From: Candidatus Shapirobacteria bacterium
Lineage (GTDB): Bacteria; Patescibacteriota; Microgenomatia; UBA12405
Direction: 5' to 3'
NCBI GenBank assembly: GCA_016188545.1
Contig: JACPHO010000001.1
Coordinates: forward strand, 355,324-419,323
DNA: 64,000 nt
Part shown: positions 62,059 through 64,000 of the stretch, in pieces
Numbering within the stretch: the stretch's first letter is position 1
Layout of the letters: every line of letters starts with the position of its first letter
Notes under the pieces: generated by a model
Told to the model about the DNA's origin: nothing
Databases searched by the model: none
Seen by the model: the letters and a program-made list of their open reading frames with translations, nothing else
Position numbers and translations under genes: made by a program

Positions 62059-64000
62059 ATGCTCTCTTTTCTAAAAAATATCTTTGATGAAGATCGTCGT
62101 CGGATCAGTTCATTTAAGCCAATCATCCAGCAAATCAACAGTTTTGAAGCTGCAATTAAAGAACTCACTGACAAGGAGTTATCCGCAAAAACAGTCTATT
62201 TTAAGGAACAATTGTCAAATGGTAAAAAACTTAATGACATTCTTCCTGAGGCCTATGCTGTGTGCCGCGAAGCTATTAGTCGTACCATCGGTGAACGTGC
62301 CTATGATGTTCAATTAATGGCCGCAATTACTTTACACCAAGGTGCTATTGCTGAGCAGAGAACTGGAGAAGGTAAAACTCACTCAGTTATTTTTCCGGCA
62401 TATCTAAACGCTCTAACTGGGAAAGGAGTCCACGTAGTTACCCCAAATGATTACCTAACCCGTGTTGGTGCAGGTTGGTATCCCCAGGCTTTAAATCTAT
62501 TAGGTATTAGTACTGCTTGCATAGTTCATGAACAATCATTTATTCTAGATCCGACATTCACCGACGCGTCAGAAGACGTAGATGAACGTCTCGCCCATCT
62601 TCGACCTGTCTCACGTACTGAAGCTTATCAAGCTGACATTACCTACGGAACCAACAATGAATTTGGATTTGACTATCTTCGGGATCATATGGTTGGTAGT
62701 CAAACTGAAAAAGTCCAGCGTGACTACCATTATTTTGCCATAGTCGATGAGGTCGACTTTGTCCTTATCGACGAAGCCAGAACTCCTTTGATTATTTCGT
62801 CCCCAAACAATTCTCCAGTCGACAAGTACTACAAATTTGCCCAAATCGCCGATACATTGCAATCATCAGATTATGTCATCGAAGAAAAGTCACGTTCAGC
62901 TTCCTTATCTGAATTTGGCATCCGTAAAGTCGAAAAAATTCTCGGAGTCGGCAACCTTTACGAAGAATCTTTTGAAACTATTCATTTTATTGAAAATGCC
63001 ATTAAAGCTAGAGCAATTTTTCATAAAGATAAAGATTATGTCATCAAAGATGGCGAAATTATAATTGTTGATGAATTTACCGGCCGTCTGATGCCAGGTC
63101 GTCGTTGGTCTGATGGTTTGCATCAGGCAGTCGAAGCCAAAGAAAACGTTACCGTCCAAAAAGAATCCCAAACTTGGGCTACCATAACTTTCCAAAACTT
63201 TTTCCGTCTTTATGAAAAACTCGCCGGGATGACTGGAACCGCCGCTACTGAAGCTGAAGAGTTCAAAAAAATCTACAATCTCGATGTTATTACCATCCCC
63301 ACTTATCGGAATCTGCAACGTCTCGATGGTCACGACTATATTTTCAAAACCCAAAGAGCCAAATACGCTGCCATCGCCGCCACTGTCGAAAAACTACATC
63401 AATCAGGTCAACCAGTATTAATTGGAACCACCTCAATTGAGAAAAATGAAATCATCGCATCCTTGCTCCGTAAGAATGGAATTCCCTTCCAAATGCTCAA
63501 TGCCAAGAATCACCGTTCTGAAGCAGAGATAATTGCCAAGGCGGGTATCAAGGGTGCTGTCACAGTGGCCACCAATATGGCCGGAAGGGGAGTCGATATT
63601 ATTTTGGGTGGACCAAAAGCTACCACCAAAAACTGGCAAGCCGCCCATGACGAAGTCATCTCTCTTGGTGGACTCCATGTAATCGGCACCGAACGACACG
63701 AATCTCGTCGTATCGACAATCAGCTTCGTGGTCGCGCCGGTCGTCAAGGTGATCCTGGTTCATCCCAATTTTATGTGGCCCTCGACGATGATCTCATGAG
63801 AATCTTTGGAGGTGAAAAAATATCGTCCCTCATGACTAGATTCAATATGCCCGATGAAGAAGCCCTAACACATCCACTTGTATCTAGGGTGATCGAACAA
63901 ATCCAAGTAAAGGTCGAGGGCTACAACTTTGATGTTCGCAAGAACATTGTCGAATACGATGATGTCATCAACAAACAGCGTAAAATTATTTATAACCTCA
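62059..64000 (+). CDS. secA: preprotein translocase ATPase SecA (5' partial; continues beyond the window)
   Basis: It begins MLSFLKNIFDEDRRRISSF. Motifs AEQRTGEGKTH, VDEVDFVLIDEARTPLIIS, TGTAATEAEEF and RGRAGRQGDPG are present. It is not in the ORF track because no stop falls in the window. Confidence 0.9.
   Translation, partial: MLSFLKNIFDEDRRRISSFKPIIQQINSFEAAIKELTDKELSAKTVYFKEQLSNGKKLNDILPEAYAVCREAISRTIGERAYDVQLMAAITLHQGAIAEQRTGEGKTHSVIFPAYLNALTGKGVHVVTPNDYLTRVGAGWYPQALNLLGISTACIVHEQSFILDPTFTDASEDVDERLAHLRPVSRTEAYQADITYGTNNEFGFDYLRDHMVGSQTEKVQRDYHYFAIVDEVDFVLIDEARTPLIISSPNNSPVDKYYKFAQIADTLQSSDYVIEEKSRSASLSEFGIRKVEKILGVGNLYEESFETIHFIENAIKARAIFHKDKDYVIKDGEIIIVDEFTGRLMPGRRWSDGLHQAVEAKENVTVQKESQTWATITFQNFFRLYEKLAGMTGTAATEAEEFKKIYNLDVITIPTYRNLQRLDGHDYIFKTQRAKYAAIAATVEKLHQSGQPVLIGTTSIEKNEIIASLLRKNGIPFQMLNAKNHRSEAEIIAKAGIKGAVTVATNMAGRGVDIILGGPKATTKNWQAAHDEVISLGGLHVIGTERHESRRIDNQLRGRAGRQGDPGSSQFYVALDDDLMRIFGGEKISSLMTRFNMPDEEALTHPLVSRVIEQIQVKVEGYNFDVRKNIVEYDDVINKQRKIIYNL

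Noticed and set aside
1-64000. CRISPR arrays, rRNA genes, transposases and integrases
   Set aside because: I searched for regularly spaced direct repeats, rRNA signatures and DDE/tyrosine-recombinase motifs. None was found in this window.

Overview
This is an AT-rich bacterial chromosomal segment with compact, tightly packed genes. The gene content suggests a small-genome, CPR/Patescibacteria-like organism, but that is inference only. Genetic code 11 appears to apply, since TGA is used as a stop (for example the TGATGATGA triple stop at 27136-27144).

Housekeeping backbone. The core genes are trmD, a GT2/GtrA glycosyltransferase, a free-standing YbaK-like deacylase, pyruvate kinase, a thermonuclease, murA, an LCP protein, malic enzyme, an MBL-fold hydrolase, an RRM protein, dus, trxA, rlmN, obg, a GldA/F/G-like ABC system, mscL, era, lon, argS, ssb, ung, a GIY-YIG protein, dprA, yraN, comM/yifB, uvrB, uvrA, a short uvrC, a GT2, tyrS, a sortase, greA, lysS, two HD-domain proteins, serS and partial secA. 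There are three tRNAs: Gln-CTG, Glu-CTC and Tyr-GTA, all on the minus strand.

Most notable observations:
- Three type III hammerhead-ribozyme motifs sit on the minus strand at 12204-12253, 26232-26291 and 27586-27646. Each lies 3' of a small secreted-protein gene in the same arrangement: stop codon, perfect GC hairpin, then the ribozyme. The three copies show helix covariation.
- An accessory island (about 10.5-16.7 kb) lies next to tRNA-Gln. It carries a mosaic family of GC-rich structured repeats, a partial tRNA-Gln duplication and a two-gene operon (15503..16078, then 14751..15497). The second gene has a C-terminal HEPN/DUF4145-like R-x6-H motif, and the two proteins share a winged-helix-like domain. 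This is a candidate undescribed defence or toxin module.
- Three aminoacyl-tRNA synthetases carry extra domains: ArgRS with an N-terminal B3/4-like domain, TyrRS with an N-terminal YbaK-like domain (tRNA-Tyr lies nearby), and LysRS with a C-terminal Trbp111-like OB domain.
- Leader attenuator-like structures precede argS (T-box-like), serS and greA.

No CRISPR array, rRNA or recognisable transposase was seen.
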